From Smithellaceae bacterium (lineage in GTDB: Bacteria > Desulfobacterota > Syntrophia > Syntrophales > Smithellaceae): DNA of 57,853 nt. Under the pieces are notes generated by a model. It saw only the letters and a program-made list of their open reading frames with translations, did no database searches and was not told the DNA's origin. This document shows, in pieces, positions 1-9,052 of this stretch. A program made the translations under genes and the position numbers. The first letter of the stretch is position 1. Every line of letters starts with the position of its first letter. Where the stretch lies: NCBI GenBank assembly GCA_035416785.1, contig DAOLNX010000004.1:1-57853 (forward strand), given 5' to 3'.

Positions 1-167
1 TCCACCGCTGCTACCGGCGCCAATTTAATCGTTCAACTGCCGTTTTTAGGATGAAAGCACAGGCAAATCAGAAAGCGACAAAACCCAACGACGTTTTCTG
101 CATTTCTGTGCTTATTCCGATGGATGATCTTGATATGGAAAAGATAACGTGATACTTTACCGTCAAG

Positions 168-395
168 ATGATCAAGAAATGGTTCAAAATACAAACCAGG
201 CAGATTATGCCCGTCCAGTTTATTCTGGAAGGCTATGAAGGAATGGCGACGGTTACGACAATTGATTCGCGGGTGGCCATTCTCCAGGTTTTAATTATGC
301 AAGATTTTATTCAGGAAATGGAAGATATTTTAGGCAATTTGCAAAACAAATACCGGATGCAGGAAATTCCGTCTGGTGCAGATCAGGTGTCTTGA
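168..395 (+). CDS. small conserved protein, DUF4911-like
   Basis: 75-aa ORF. The N-terminal 'FILEGYEGMATVTT' resembles my recollection of DUF4911 proteins. Its TGA stop (393-395) overlaps the ATG (395) of the next ORF. Confidence 0.4.
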   Translation: MIKKWFKIQTRQIMPVQFILEGYEGMATVTTIDSRVAILQVLIMQDFIQEMEDILGNLQNKYRMQEIPSGADQVS

Positions 396-1183
396 TGCTG
401 ATGTTGACTCATACCAATTTGTTGCAGTCGATGATGAAGGATTTCGGCATGGCCGACGGAGATCCTGATATCTATATCTATAATATCGCCCCGGATTTAT
501 TGACGATTCATCCCGAAATTACCTCTGACCAGACTCATTTGATCCACCGGTTTCTTTCGCCTCCGCCGGACCATGAGCGCACGGCCTACATCATGTTTCA
601 TCTTCTGGTGGATGACATGGCGCATTATGGCGAATTATCGCTCCAATGCCGGGAGGGTTTCGATCCTCATTCCTCAGGCTACACCTACGTTCAGGGAAAC
701 CATTTCATTGGAAATATTATGGATTTGTACAAAATGCTGGACAAAGACATTTCATACAGCGATGCGGCCTACCGGTCTCATCTGGTGATTGAAATGATTT
801 ATGATCTGGTGATTTTGTCGCATATTCAGGCGGACGGCTCGATTGCGCTTTTGGAAAATGCCATTCATTTTACGTGCGACCATCGACAAAATGAATTTTG
901 CGAAAATATTTCATGGCTTTACGGCATTGAAAAAGCTCATAGCCGGGAGGTATTGAAAAGCGCGGCATCCTATCTGACCCGGGAAAGAATGGAAAAATTC
1001 ATGAACATCGAAGGCCGAATCCGTCTTTTTACAGACAAATTCGGCCTTCGAAATAACAATCATTTGTTTGCCGATGCCATTGCCTCTTTATTTCAGAGTG
1101 CACTGAACTCCATTGAAAATGAAAAATTTCTTTCGGAAACGGAAGCGGCCATTAAGAAAATGGGCTGGCGTCCAACCGGTTAA
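395..1183 (+). CDS. hypothetical protein (His/Asp-rich, possible metal-dependent hydrolase)
   Basis: Long ORF translationally coupled to the upstream small ORF through a TGATG overlap. I recognise no family motif. The ORF track starts at TTG 392; ATG 395 is preferred. Confidence 0.5.
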   Translation: MLMLTHTNLLQSMMKDFGMADGDPDIYIYNIAPDLLTIHPEITSDQTHLIHRFLSPPPDHERTAYIMFHLLVDDMAHYGELSLQCREGFDPHSSGYTYVQGNHFIGNIMDLYKMLDKDISYSDAAYRSHLVIEMIYDLVILSHIQADGSIALLENAIHFTCDHRQNEFCENISWLYGIEKAHSREVLKSAASYLTRERMEKFMNIEGRIRLFTDKFGLRNNNHLFADAIASLFQSALNSIENEKFLSETEAAIKKMGWRPTG

Positions 1184-1377
1184 GCGGCTTTCTTCACAAA
1201 TCCGGAGCGGATGCAGCGTGTGCAAACCTTCACCTTTTTTACGGAGCCTGTTTTTTCATCAACACAGCGTAAACTTTGCAGGTTCGGACGCCACATGGTT
1301 TTGCTTTTGTTGTTGGCGTGGCTGACGTTGTTGCCAACCTGAGGTTTCTTTCCACATACTTCACAAACACGGGACAT
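1180..1377 (-). CDS. rpmB: 50S ribosomal protein L28
   Basis: 65 aa. '[31 protein letters not shown]' is the typical L28 N-terminus. Confidence 0.9.
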   Translation of the reverse strand: MSRVCEVCGKKPQVGNNVSHANNKSKTMWRPNLQSLRCVDEKTGSVKKVKVCTRCIRSGFVKKAA

Positions 1378-1445
1378 AACTAAACTCCTTCAGAAAAAAT
1401 GTGTGCGTTCCTAAACCACAACACTTAATTTTGCAAGATTTTTTT

Positions 1446-2744
1446 TTAATTTCTCATCTCTGCCAACTGTCCCGTGCTTTCCAGAACGCGTAGCCAGACA
1501 TTGCCCTGGGGGTCAATTCGCCTGCCGGAAATGACGGCGGAAAGAGGCAGATGGACATAATCCTCTTTTCGCAGGGCCACCAGAAGGCCGGTTTTCCCCG
1601 CCATGGCTGCGTGGACGGAGTATTGCCCCAGCGAACTGCAATAAATGCTGTCCGAGGCATTGGCCGGAACGGAGCGAATCAGATAACTGGGTTCAATATA
1701 TTTTAAATTGATTTCCTGGGAAATCGTTTGGAAATGTTTTTCAATGGCATTTTTAAGAAAGAGGCCTATGTCATGAAGGCGGACATTGCCCGATGCATCG
1801 GTTTTCTGCTTTTCAGCGTCTTTCTGCATCAGTTCCTGCCCCGCTCCTTCCGCTACCAGAATCACTGCATGTCCTCTTGCCTGCATGCGTTTTTCAAGAG
1901 ATTTCAAAAAACCATTGTCGCCGTCCAAATCAAATGGTACTTCAGGAATCAGCACAAAATTCACGTCACCCTGGGCCATCGCCGCAGTTGCAGCAATATA
2001 ACCGGACAGGCGGCCCATAATTTTCACCAGGCCGATGCCGTTATAGGCGCCTTTGGCTTCCACATGAGCGCTGCGCAGGGCTTCGACAGTCTTTTCAATC
2101 GCCGTATCAAAACCGAAGGACTTTTCAATCAGATTCAGGTCGTTATCAATGGTTTTGGGAATGCCGACCACCGAAATTTTCACGTTTCTTGCTACAGCTT
2201 CCCTGCTGATCGTTTCCGCGGCCCGCATCGTGCCGTCACCTCCGACACAAAACAGCATGTTGATCTTTTGCTTATCCAGATAATCCACCATGACGGAAGG
2301 CTCCTGTGGTCCCCGGGATGAGGAAAGAATGCTTCCGCCGATATGTTTGATATCCTTCACGGAATCCGGAGTCAGATGCAGAGGCTTGTATCCGAAGGCA
2401 GGATTCAGTCCTCGCAGGCCGTACTTGATGCCGAGGATATTGCCGACGGAGTAGCGATGGTAAAGCGTCATGGTTATGGAACGGATCACATCATTGATGC
2501 CGGGACAGAGGCCGCCGCAGGTGACAATTGCGGCTTTTGTTGTCGCAGGTTCAAAGTATATTTTTTCCCGGGGGCCGGCCGGTTCCAGAGATAGAGGAAT
2601 ACTTCCGGTATCTTTGATCCCTTCATAGGCATCCAGACGGGAGTGAAATAAGATCCGATCGCTGTCGGAGGTGAAATTCTGGATTTTTAAAGGTGAATGG
2701 ATTGAACAGGGACCGAGGTTGGTAATCGTGAAGGTTTGACTCAT
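1446..2744 (-). CDS. pfk: 6-phosphofructokinase (PfkA family, probably ATP-dependent)
   Basis: 432 aa with 'TCGGLCPGINDVIR', 'CVGGDGTMRAA' and 'GIPKTIDNDL' PFK motifs. Confidence 0.85.
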   Translation of the reverse strand: MSQTFTITNLGPCSIHSPLKIQNFTSDSDRILFHSRLDAYEGIKDTGSIPLSLEPAGPREKIYFEPATTKAAIVTCGGLCPGINDVIRSITMTLYHRYSVGNILGIKYGLRGLNPAFGYKPLHLTPDSVKDIKHIGGSILSSSRGPQEPSVMVDYLDKQKINMLFCVGGDGTMRAAETISREAVARNVKISVVGIPKTIDNDLNLIEKSFGFDTAIEKTVEALRSAHVEAKGAYNGIGLVKIMGRLSGYIAATAAMAQGDVNFVLIPEVPFDLDGDNGFLKSLEKRMQARGHAVILVAEGAGQELMQKDAEKQKTDASGNVRLHDIGLFLKNAIEKHFQTISQEINLKYIEPSYLIRSVPANASDSIYCSSLGQYSVHAAMAGKTGLLVALRKEDYVHLPLSAVISGRRIDPQGNVWLRVLESTGQLAEMRN

Positions 2745-2748
2745 AAAT

Positions 2749-4191
2749 TTATCTCCTTTGGTTCATGACTTGTCGTGCTGCGTTTCTGCCGGAAATCATT
2801 TCTGCATCAAAGCCTGCGTCTGAAAGCAGGGATGCTCCGGTGAGGAAAATATTGGGAAATCTGGTTTTATGACTTTTGGCGGAAAACGAGGTCAGAAATG
2901 GGTTGCGCACATCATATTTTGGATTAATAATACCTCGATAATTTATTGAAATATCGATGGAATGATCAATATTTGAAAACAAGATGTTTTCTTTGAAAAA
3001 AGGCAGGAAGAATTCCAGCCGATCGATGAGGTTCTGGGCTTCGTGATGGAGCGCTTCTGTCGTCCAGCGTTGGGGATCATCGGGAAGATAAACGGTTGCG
3101 GATACGGATGTTGTCGAAACGGATAAAGGTTTGTCTTTTTCGGGAAGACTGGTTTCCAGAATGATCAGGTTGTTGTCGTAAAGGTCTTTAGACACATCCG
3201 GAACTACGGCAATATGTCTGGCCATTTGTTCGGGAAGGCATTTTGCTGGCACGCCCAGAAAAAGGGTAAAAGGATAATAAAGAATTTTAGCCGGACGAAA
3301 CCAGTCTGAAAGATGAATAAATTTCTTTTGCCCCAAAATTCGGGGTAACTGACCGGACTTGGTGCTGAAAATACAATTCTGACCGGAGGTCCGCAGCACT
3401 TTCCCGTCCGGGGCTTTCAATTCCAATTCTATGGTTTTGGAATGGGTCAGAGATTCAAAACCATAGCGAGGAAGATATAATCCCTCTTTACTTTCCAGTT
3501 TCTCGATAAGCGCGTTGAACAAGAATTGCTTTCCGGATGGAAAATACGAAACGCCGCGCAGCGGAGCGCAATATTGAAACGCCGCAGCAAAGGAAAACAT
3601 GTCATGCAGGTTGAAAGAAAGCAGAGCCTGCTGGGCCTCCCAGACCTTTTCCAGAGACGCGTTTTGCGAAAGAATCTTGTCAAACGCGATGATACTGTAT
3701 TTATACTTGAAAATATCAGGGTAAATTTTCAAATAGTCGATATATTCTTTGAAAGTCCGGGGTTGAATTTCCGGATGATGCTCCATCCAGTTCTGAAAAA
3801 TGCTGGATGCTTCAATGGTCATATCGAAATAAGCACGGATTTCCGTCTCGAATTCCGGAAATTCTCTGGCGAACTCGCTTTGCAGTAAAGATAAATCCCC
3901 TGAAAAATCAATGCGATGTTCGGGAAGAAGAATCTGATAGGCAGGATCGGGAACAACAGAAGCCTCTTCGGGAAGAGGAATCTCAAGCTGTTCCAGAATG
4001 GATAAACCCAACTGCCCCATCCCCAATCCGGAAAGCGGCATGGCGTCAAGATTGAAGACAAAATCGCCAAGAACTTGCAGACCTCCCAGGCCACTTTCCG
4101 CAATCAGCAGTGTTTTCAAGCCATTTTGCGCAGCATAGGCAGCCGAGACATGAGAGGCAAGATCATCACCAATTACCAGCAGATCATACAT
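2749..4191 (-). CDS. phytoene-desaturase/amine-oxidase-like NAD(P)/FAD-fold protein
   Basis: 480 aa. The N-terminal beta-alpha-beta-like 'MYDLLVIGDDLASHVSAAYAAQNGLKTLLIAESGLGG' has a degenerate GxGxxG. There is a 4-nt gap to pfk. Confidence 0.5.
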   Translation of the reverse strand: MYDLLVIGDDLASHVSAAYAAQNGLKTLLIAESGLGGLQVLGDFVFNLDAMPLSGLGMGQLGLSILEQLEIPLPEEASVVPDPAYQILLPEHRIDFSGDLSLLQSEFAREFPEFETEIRAYFDMTIEASSIFQNWMEHHPEIQPRTFKEYIDYLKIYPDIFKYKYSIIAFDKILSQNASLEKVWEAQQALLSFNLHDMFSFAAAFQYCAPLRGVSYFPSGKQFLFNALIEKLESKEGLYLPRYGFESLTHSKTIELELKAPDGKVLRTSGQNCIFSTKSGQLPRILGQKKFIHLSDWFRPAKILYYPFTLFLGVPAKCLPEQMARHIAVVPDVSKDLYDNNLIILETSLPEKDKPLSVSTTSVSATVYLPDDPQRWTTEALHHEAQNLIDRLEFFLPFFKENILFSNIDHSIDISINYRGIINPKYDVRNPFLTSFSAKSHKTRFPNIFLTGASLLSDAGFDAEMISGRNAARQVMNQRR

Positions 4192-4234
4192 AGGCGAAAT
4201 ATTTATCTCCGCAACCAGACAGCGAGGAAACCGG

Positions 4235-4897
4235 TTAAGTGCCCAAGGGGGGATTATGCAGCACGGCAGAGAGAGTATCTTGCATATCCGATATTCTTAC
4301 CTGACGGCCGTTTTTGGAGATCCGCCCTTCGGCAAAATAGCGGATGGCTTCCGGGTAGATTTTATGTTCTTGTTCAAGGATTCTTTGCGCCAGCCCTTCC
4401 GCGGAATCTCCAGGAAGAACCGGAACAACTGCCTGAATGATAATGGGGCCTGTGTCCACCCCTTCATCTACAAAATGAACCGTGCAGCCGGAAAATTTCA
4501 CGCCATAGTCAACAGCTTTCTGTTGGACATGCATTCCGGGAAAGGAAGGAAGCAGGGCAGGATGAATATTGATGATTCGCTCGGGAAAAGCGCGTAAAAA
4601 GGACGGCGAAAGTAGCCGCATAAAACCGGCCAGCACCACGAGTTCAACGTTTTTTTCTTTCAGGATGCGGATTAATTCGGCATCAAATTCTTCCCGGCCG
4701 GCAAAAGGTTGAGAATTCAAAAAAACGCAGGGAATACCATGTTTTTTGGCCCGTTCCAGACCATGGGCCTTTTCAGTGTTGCTGATGACGATTTGAATTT
4801 GCGCGGCAAGTTTTCCCTGTTCGATGTGATCAATAATGGACTGAAGGTTGGAACCTCCGCCGGAAATCAAAACGCCCAGTTTTAAAAGTTCAGCCAT
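4235..4897 (-). CDS. purN: phosphoribosylglycinamide formyltransferase
   Basis: 220 aa with 'GVLISGGGSNLQSII', 'NIHPALLPSFPG' and 'GCTVHFVDEGVDTGPII'. Confidence 0.9.
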   Translation of the reverse strand: MAELLKLGVLISGGGSNLQSIIDHIEQGKLAAQIQIVISNTEKAHGLERAKKHGIPCVFLNSQPFAGREEFDAELIRILKEKNVELVVLAGFMRLLSPSFLRAFPERIINIHPALLPSFPGMHVQQKAVDYGVKFSGCTVHFVDEGVDTGPIIIQAVVPVLPGDSAEGLAQRILEQEHKIYPEAIRYFAEGRISKNGRQVRISDMQDTLSAVLHNPPLGT

Positions 4898-4906
4898 AAA
4901 TCGCCA

Positions 4907-5962
4907 TTACATGTCCGAAAAACAAACGGATGCCTGACCGGCTTCCTTTTTCTCGACCGTTCCAATCAAAAAGGCGGTTTCCTCCATCGCTTTCAGACGC
5001 TCCATAATTTCTCCCGCATCTTTTTCCGAAACGATCATCATCATGCCGATCCCCATATTGAAAACCCGGAACATCTCTTTTTCCTCAACATGTCCGATGT
5101 CCTGAATAACAGAAAAAATCGGAGGTATTGTCCAGTTGCGGTTGATGACGCAGCGGCATACGTCCGGAATAATGCGGGGAATATTGTCGTAAAAACCTCC
5201 TCCGGTGACATGAATCAGACCCTTGATGTTAAAGTTCTTGATCAGGTTCAAAAGGGTTTTTACATAAATCCGTGTCGGTTTCAGCAATTCCTCGCCGATG
5301 GTTCTGGAAAGACCGGGGACGGAGTCATGCACGGAGAAACCGCCTTTTTCCAGGAGCACCTTGCGTGCCAGAGAAAAGCCATTGCTGTGCAAACCGCTTG
5401 AGGCCAAGCCAATGACCCGGTCATTAATACTGATGGTGGAACCGTCAATGAGCCTTTCCTGGTCTACCACGCCCACGCAAAATCCGGCCAGATCATATTT
5501 GCCGCCGGAATAAAAACCGGGCATTTCCGCTGTTTCGCCGCCTAAAAGGGCGCAGCCGGCCTGGCGACAGCCTTCGACGATTCCTTCGACAATCTTAACG
5601 CTTTTTTCAACGTCAATGCTGCCTGTGGCCAAATAATCCAGAAAAAAGAGAGGCTCAGCTCCCTGAACAACGACGTCGTTGACCGACATGGCCACCAGAT
5701 CAATGCCGATCGTATCGTGTTTGTCCATCAACTGCGCAATTTTGAGTTTTGTGCCTACGCCATCGGTTGAAGAAACCAGAATCGGATTTTTCATTCTAGC
5801 TGTATCAAAACGAAACAAGCCTCCGAAGCCGCCGATGGGAGAAAGCACTTCTCTGCGGGAGCTCGTTTTAATCAGAGGTTTGATACGTTCAATAAATACA
5901 TTCGCCGTGTCAATATCTACGCCCGCTTCTTGGTAACTCGTTGATCCGGATGTTTTTGTCAT
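4907..5962 (-). CDS. purM: phosphoribosylformylglycinamidine cyclo-ligase (AIR synthetase)
   Basis: 351 aa with 'SYQEAGVDID', 'STDGVGTKLKIA' and 'GLASSGLHSNGFSL'. Confidence 0.92.
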   Translation of the reverse strand: MTKTSGSTSYQEAGVDIDTANVFIERIKPLIKTSSRREVLSPIGGFGGLFRFDTARMKNPILVSSTDGVGTKLKIAQLMDKHDTIGIDLVAMSVNDVVVQGAEPLFFLDYLATGSIDVEKSVKIVEGIVEGCRQAGCALLGGETAEMPGFYSGGKYDLAGFCVGVVDQERLIDGSTISINDRVIGLASSGLHSNGFSLARKVLLEKGGFSVHDSVPGLSRTIGEELLKPTRIYVKTLLNLIKNFNIKGLIHVTGGGFYDNIPRIIPDVCRCVINRNWTIPPIFSVIQDIGHVEEKEMFRVFNMGIGMMMIVSEKDAGEIMERLKAMEETAFLIGTVEKKEAGQASVCFSDM

Positions 5963-6133
5963 AGGACTCCAAAACTCTCATTCATGTTTTTTTCAAAAAA
6001 TTGGGTTACGTTTAACGCAATTCAGTATCTGTGTCAATCCATCAATCATGAGCTTGCGGAAACAAATTTTTTTTGTTAACAAAAACACATTCATATCATT
6101 AAGGATTTTTCCTGTCTGTTTTGCGGAGATGCC

Positions 6134-8596
6134 ATGGAGTCCTTCATAAAACATTTGCAGAAAATCGAACAACCTCTGCGTTTTGCTGCCGGGCAGAATT
6201 TTAAAAATCTTAACGCTATCAAGAGTTTGGGAAAGTCATTGACGGCGCTGATCGCCCGGCTGATGGCTGCCATTCCACCAGGGCTGAAAAACCGACTGGA
6301 ACCGGCGTTGGGCAACCTGATGCTCATTTTTTCCGATTACGATGACCAGGACATCTTCGTCCGGGAAAAGAAAATATCGGAAGCCTTGCTGATTCTGGAC
6401 AGGCTCAAAGATGCAATCGAAATGGCCGAAGTCCGCAAACCAATTTCTCCTTTTCAGGACAAACTCATTGAAAAAAGGATTCTGGATGTAAAAGTTTCCG
6501 CTGAAAAACTGTCTGTTCCGGTACAGTATCTCAAAGGGGTCGGTCCGAAGATGGCCGCCCGCTTCGCCGCAAAAAAAATTCGTACCTTGGAAGATCTGCT
6601 TTTTTTTCTGCCCCGTTCTTATGAAGACCGACGGGAAATCCGGAAAATCAACAAGCTGGAAACGGGAAAAGTTCAGACAATCGTTGCAACTGTAGCTACC
6701 TGTGAATTCCGGCAATACGCCCAAAAAAGGATTCTGGAAGTTCTGGTGGTCGACGGCACGTCCGGTCTAACCATCAAGTGGTTCAAGGGAATGTCTTACC
6801 TAGCCGGCGTTTTTCATAAGGGCGTAAGGGCAATTTTTACCGGACAGGTCACACCCGATTATCAAGGCAAATCCATGATTCATCCCGACTATGAAATCCT
6901 TGAGGAGGGGGATGAAGATAATATCTTGAATTTTAAGCGTATTGTTCCTATTTACTCTGAAACGGAAGGGCTGCATCAGAAATATATCCGCAAGGTGATG
7001 GAGGCCGCGCTGGAAAATTATTCCCGCTATTATTCCTCACCGATTCCGGACGACATCTGCCGCAAACGAAACCTGATGAATATTCACGAAGCGCTGCTGG
7101 AAGTGCATTTTCCCGATCGTACCGAAGATATTCATCTTTTGCTGGAGTCCCGTTCCGAAGCGCATCGGAGATTGATATATGATGAGTTTTTCTTTTTTCA
7201 ATTGGGGATGGCGACAAAGAAAAATGGGCAACTTCTGGAGCGAGGCATTGCTTTTACGCTTGGCGGCCGACTGCTGGAAACATTTTATGCGTCCTTGCCT
7301 TTTGTATTGACCGGAGCGCAACTCCGCGTGATTAATGAAATTCAGAAAGATCTGTCATCCCCTGGCGCCATGAACCGACTGCTTCAGGGTGATGTCGGAA
7401 GCGGAAAAACACTGGTGGCTATGGCTTCCATGATTACGGTTTGCGAAAACGGCTATCAGGCGGCTCTGATGGCGCCTACCGAAATTTTGGCGAAACAGCA
7501 CTATGCGACTTTTTGTGCTTGGGCGCAACCCATCGGTTTAAAAGTGGTTTTGCTGACCGGCAGCATGACGAACGCCGTTCGAAGTGAAGCGCTGGAACAG
7601 ATAAAAGCCGGTCAGGTCGACATCATTCTCGGTACGCATGCGCTGATTCAGGAGGATGTTGATTTCCGGAGACTGGGTTTGGTCGTCATTGACGAGCAGC
7701 ACCGTTTCGGTGTGATGCAGCGAGCGACTCTGCGCAACAAGGGTATCTGTGCCGATGTCTTGGTGATGACGGCCACACCGATTCCGCGAACGCTGGCTAT
7801 GACGGTTTATGGCGACCTGGATGTTTCGGTTATTGATGAAATGCCGCCCGGCAAAAAACCGGTGCGCACGGTTTTGATGGGAGAAAACCGAAGGCAGGCG
7901 GTTTACGATACCCTTGGTAAAGAAATTGCTAAGGGGCACCAGGCTTTTATTGTTTATCCTCTGGTGGAGCAGTCGGAAAACCTTGATTTAAAAGATGCGA
8001 CCAAAATGGCCGAGCATCTGCAGCAGGATATTTTCCCCGGTATTCAAGTGGGCCTGATTCACGGAAAGATGAAAGAGAAGGAAAAAGACGCGGTGATGAA
8101 GGCATTCCTTAAAAAGGAAATTGCCATTCTGGTAGCCACAACCGTTATTGAAGTCGGCATTGATGTGCCCCACGCATCGCTCATGGTGATTGAACATGCA
8201 GAGCGTTTTGGATTATCGCAACTTCATCAGCTTCGCGGCCGTGTGGGCAGAAGAGATATTCCATCAACGTGCATTCTTCTTGCGGACTACCGGCTGTCTC
8301 CGGATGCACGAAAGCGCCTGAAAGCCATGGAAAAAACATCCGACGGTTTTTTGCTGGCGGAAGAAGATCTGGCCATTCGGGGTCCTGGTGACTTTCTGGG
8401 GACAAGACAATCCGGCCTGCCGGATTTTCGCATTGCCAGCATTCTCCGCGACGCCCGAATTCTCAACGATGCCAAGGAAGATGCATTCGCCCTTGCCGCC
8501 CGGGACCCGCTTTTGGACAAGCCGGAGCACGCTATTTTAAAAGAGGCACTTCTCGCCAGATGGCGGGGAAAACTGGATCTGGCCAGAACGGGATGA
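6134..8596 (+). CDS. recG: ATP-dependent DNA helicase RecG
   Basis: 820 aa. Walker A 'GDVGSGKT', 'VIDEQHRFG', 'MTATPIPRTLA', 'QLHQLRGRVGR', and the C-terminal 'RGPGDFLGTRQSG' TRG motif. Confidence 0.92.
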   Translation: MESFIKHLQKIEQPLRFAAGQNFKNLNAIKSLGKSLTALIARLMAAIPPGLKNRLEPALGNLMLIFSDYDDQDIFVREKKISEALLILDRLKDAIEMAEVRKPISPFQDKLIEKRILDVKVSAEKLSVPVQYLKGVGPKMAARFAAKKIRTLEDLLFFLPRSYEDRREIRKINKLETGKVQTIVATVATCEFRQYAQKRILEVLVVDGTSGLTIKWFKGMSYLAGVFHKGVRAIFTGQVTPDYQGKSMIHPDYEILEEGDEDNILNFKRIVPIYSETEGLHQKYIRKVMEAALENYSRYYSSPIPDDICRKRNLMNIHEALLEVHFPDRTEDIHLLLESRSEAHRRLIYDEFFFFQLGMATKKNGQLLERGIAFTLGGRLLETFYASLPFVLTGAQLRVINEIQKDLSSPGAMNRLLQGDVGSGKTLVAMASMITVCENGYQAALMAPTEILAKQHYATFCAWAQPIGLKVVLLTGSMTNAVRSEALEQIKAGQVDIILGTHALIQEDVDFRRLGLVVIDEQHRFGVMQRATLRNKGICADVLVMTATPIPRTLAMTVYGDLDVSVIDEMPPGKKPVRTVLMGENRRQAVYDTLGKEIAKGHQAFIVYPLVEQSENLDLKDATKMAEHLQQDIFPGIQVGLIHGKMKEKEKDAVMKAFLKKEIAILVATTVIEVGIDVPHASLMVIEHAERFGLSQLHQLRGRVGRRDIPSTCILLADYRLSPDARKRLKAMEKTSDGFLLAEEDLAIRGPGDFLGTRQSGLPDFRIASILRDARILNDAKEDAFALAARDPLLDKPEHAILKEALLARWRGKLDLARTG

Positions 8597-8652
8597 GACC
8601 AGATTGTTCATACCACGAGGTTTGGAATTGATGTTGCGATGCAACAATATGG

Positions 8653-8680
8653 TTGACATGATCACGACAAGTATTATATA
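8653..8680 (+). promoter_or_regulatory. sigma70-like promoter (TTGACA-16 nt-TATATA)
   Basis: TTGACA at 8653-8658 and TATATA at 8675-8680, about 48 nt upstream of the 8728 ATG, which has a GGAGGA Shine-Dalgarno (SD). Confidence 0.4.
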
Positions 8681-8727
8681 AGTTTGCGTTTAAAAAAATT
8701 GTAGCAATCCAGGAGGATGAATCAAGC

Positions 8728-9003
8728 ATGGATAATATGTTGCTGGCCAGGCATTTGATTAATTTTTACAAATCAAGTTTCGACAATACATTTCAAGCCT
8801 TAACCATCATGCAGGAACAGACGGAGAAAATGTTGCAAACCTTTTTGCTGCAAAACAGCTGGCTTCCTGAAGAAGGAAGAAAACTGATTAAAGACTGGGC
8901 AAATATCTATCAGCAGAGGCGGGCGGAGTTTAAAGATCAGGCCGATGAACACTTTAGAAAAGTTGAGGATTTTCTGGCAAAAGCCGAAGCTGAAGCCACA
9001 TGA
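8728..9003 (+). CDS. small helical protein (phasin-like by context only)
   Basis: 91-aa ORF with a strong SD (CCAGGAGGA), charged and helical, directly upstream of the PhaC-like gene. Confidence 0.4.
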   Translation: MDNMLLARHLINFYKSSFDNTFQALTIMQEQTEKMLQTFLLQNSWLPEEGRKLIKDWANIYQQRRAEFKDQADEHFRKVEDFLAKAEAEAT

Positions 9004-9052
9004 CATTTCGGGAAAGATGAAAAAGACGAAACAAGGATAAGGTGATCAGAAA

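Noticed and set aside
1-152. Possible 3' ends of an upstream + strand gene. Frame 1 ends with ...ANLIVQLPFLG* at 52-54; frame 3 ends with ...DDLDMEKIT* at 150-152.
   Set aside because: Too short, and neither frame has a recognisable motif. I cannot decide which frame, if either, is coding.
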